64,000 nucleotides of DNA from Thermoanaerobaculia bacterium (GTDB lineage: Bacteria; Acidobacteriota; Thermoanaerobaculia; UBA5066; Gp7-AA6), in NCBI GenBank assembly GCA_036558325.1, contig DATBFU010000061.1, forward strand, positions 13,604-77,603. The letters are read 5' to 3'. The stretch's first letter is position 1. The number at the start of each line of letters is the position of its first letter. Both the position numbers and the translations under genes were made by a program. Below are positions 63,377 through 64,000 of the stretch, piece by piece. A model generated the notes under the pieces. It was given only the letters and a program-made list of their open reading frames with translations. It did not search any database and was not told the DNA's origin.

Positions 63377-63781
63377 TTACGAGCCGATGACCATGACTTC
63401 CGTCGCCTTGATGAGCGCGATCGCGGGCCGGCCGGCGCGCAGGCGGAGCTGATCCGCGGCCGCCTTCGTGATGATCGCCGTCAGGCTCTGCCCGCCGATG
63501 TCGATGGTCACCTCGGCCAGCAGGCCCGATTTCCGCACACGGACGACCACGCCGGCGAGCTTGTTCCTCCCGCTGATGGCGCCCAGATCGTCCCGGGACG
63601 GCGCCATCCCGCCGCCCGAAAGGCGGGCGACCTCGGACCGTGCGATCCGGTGATGGCCTCCGGGTGTCCGGACGGACCGGATCTTCTTCCGGTAGATCCA
63701 TTGCTTCAGAGTCGAGTAGCTGACTCCCAGGGTCCGGGCGGCGGCCGCGGCGGTCATTCGGTCGGGCGGTCGGCGGTTCAT
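63377..63781 (-). CDS. MerR/excisionase-type HTH fused to a molybdate-binding TOBE (Mop) domain; likely Mo-responsive regulator
   Basis: The start is the ATG at 63781. The HTH is MTAAAAARTLGVSYSTLKQWIYRKKIRSVRTPGGHHRI. The TOBE-like tail is ISGRNKLAGVVVRVRKSGLLAEVTIDIGGQSLTAIITKAAADQLRL..G.PAIALIKATEV. Confidence 0.8.
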   Translation of the reverse strand: MNRRPPDRMTAAAAARTLGVSYSTLKQWIYRKKIRSVRTPGGHHRIARSEVARLSGGGMAPSRDDLGAISGRNKLAGVVVRVRKSGLLAEVTIDIGGQSLTAIITKAAADQLRLRAGRPAIALIKATEVMVIGS

Positions 63782-63788
63782 TCGATCG

Positions 63789-63811
63789 ATTCTATACGAT
63801 TCAATACGATT
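63789..63811. promoter_or_regulatory. TAGAAT -10 box (minus strand, 7 nt before the regulator ATG) overlapping two ATACGATT direct repeats spaced 10 bp apart
   Basis: The plus strand reads cgATTCTATACGATTcaATACGATTtg. The reverse complement of ATTCTA is TAGAAT. This is an AT-rich island between the divergent regulator and the next gene. Confidence 0.3.
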
Positions 63812-63856
63812 TGTTGGTTGACAAATCGCGGCGCCGGGCGGCAAGGTTCGGACCTC

Positions 63857-64000
63857 ATGAAGACGCTCGAGACTTTCCTCGCGCTCGCGGCGTGTCTCCT
63901 CGCGGTTCCGGCCCTCCGCGCGGCCGACGCCGACTCCGGAACGGCGTTCACCGCCGAAGCCGATCCGCCGGCCGGCGACGCCGCGGCGAAGCCTCCCTCC
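63857..64000 (+). CDS. exported protein, N-terminal fragment only (runs off window)
   Basis: The ATG at 63857 gives MKTLETFLALAACLLAVPALRAADADSG..., a signal-peptide-like sequence. There is too little sequence to assign a family. Confidence 0.4.
   Translation, partial: MKTLETFLALAACLLAVPALRAADADSGTAFTAEADPPAGDAAAKPPS

Overview
Very GC-rich, densely coding chromosomal segment with about 50 protein genes, one tRNA, and almost no gaps over 150 bp. No rRNA, CRISPR array, transposase, integrase or prophage genes were seen. The gene set looks Acidobacteriota-like: a PadR + duplicated orphan FtsX permease pair, an acidobacterial-type VWA protein, and receptor Ser/Thr kinases with TolB-like beta-propellers. 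This placement is inference only. Content from left to right:
- GNAT fragment, arylsulfatase, a decayed SGNH-hydrolase remnant, and tRNA-Arg(TCT) with an att-like duplication of its 3' end.
- MetE-like methyltransferase and small DUF/DinB genes.
- A run of signal-peptide-bearing hydrolases: oligopeptidase B, M16 peptidase, amidohydrolase, tricorn-like protease.
- A 2Fe-2S/Moco/cytochrome c oxidoreductase.
- PadR-ADOP permease, an AAC(6')-I-like GNAT, and a second DinB.
- Two paralogous receptor Ser/Thr kinases flanking an APC permease.
- A tetR-OMF-MFP-RND efflux operon.
- A five-gene c-di-GMP operon: MerR, GGDEF-PilZ, HK, REC, GGDEF*-EAL.
- A TonB-like protein with a Pro/Thr tandem repeat, and an MFS transporter.
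- A YtrA/GntR-ABC operon whose membrane subunit carries a beta-propeller.
- lysA, a TonB-dependent receptor, an alkaline-phosphatase-family/TPR lipoprotein, and modABC with an HTH-TOBE regulator.

Most unusual observations:
- (i) The kinase-permease-kinase unit.
- (ii) The self-contained c-di-GMP operon with a GGDEF-PilZ fusion.
- (iii) The YtrA-ABC-permease::propeller operon.
- (iv) A family of about 125-150 bp palindromic intergenic elements present three times.
- (v) TAGAAT-like -10 boxes placed so close to start codons that several mRNAs would be leaderless.

None of these is proven novel from sequence alone. No clear defence island or mobile element was found. The many long antisense ORFs in the track are GC-driven artefacts.
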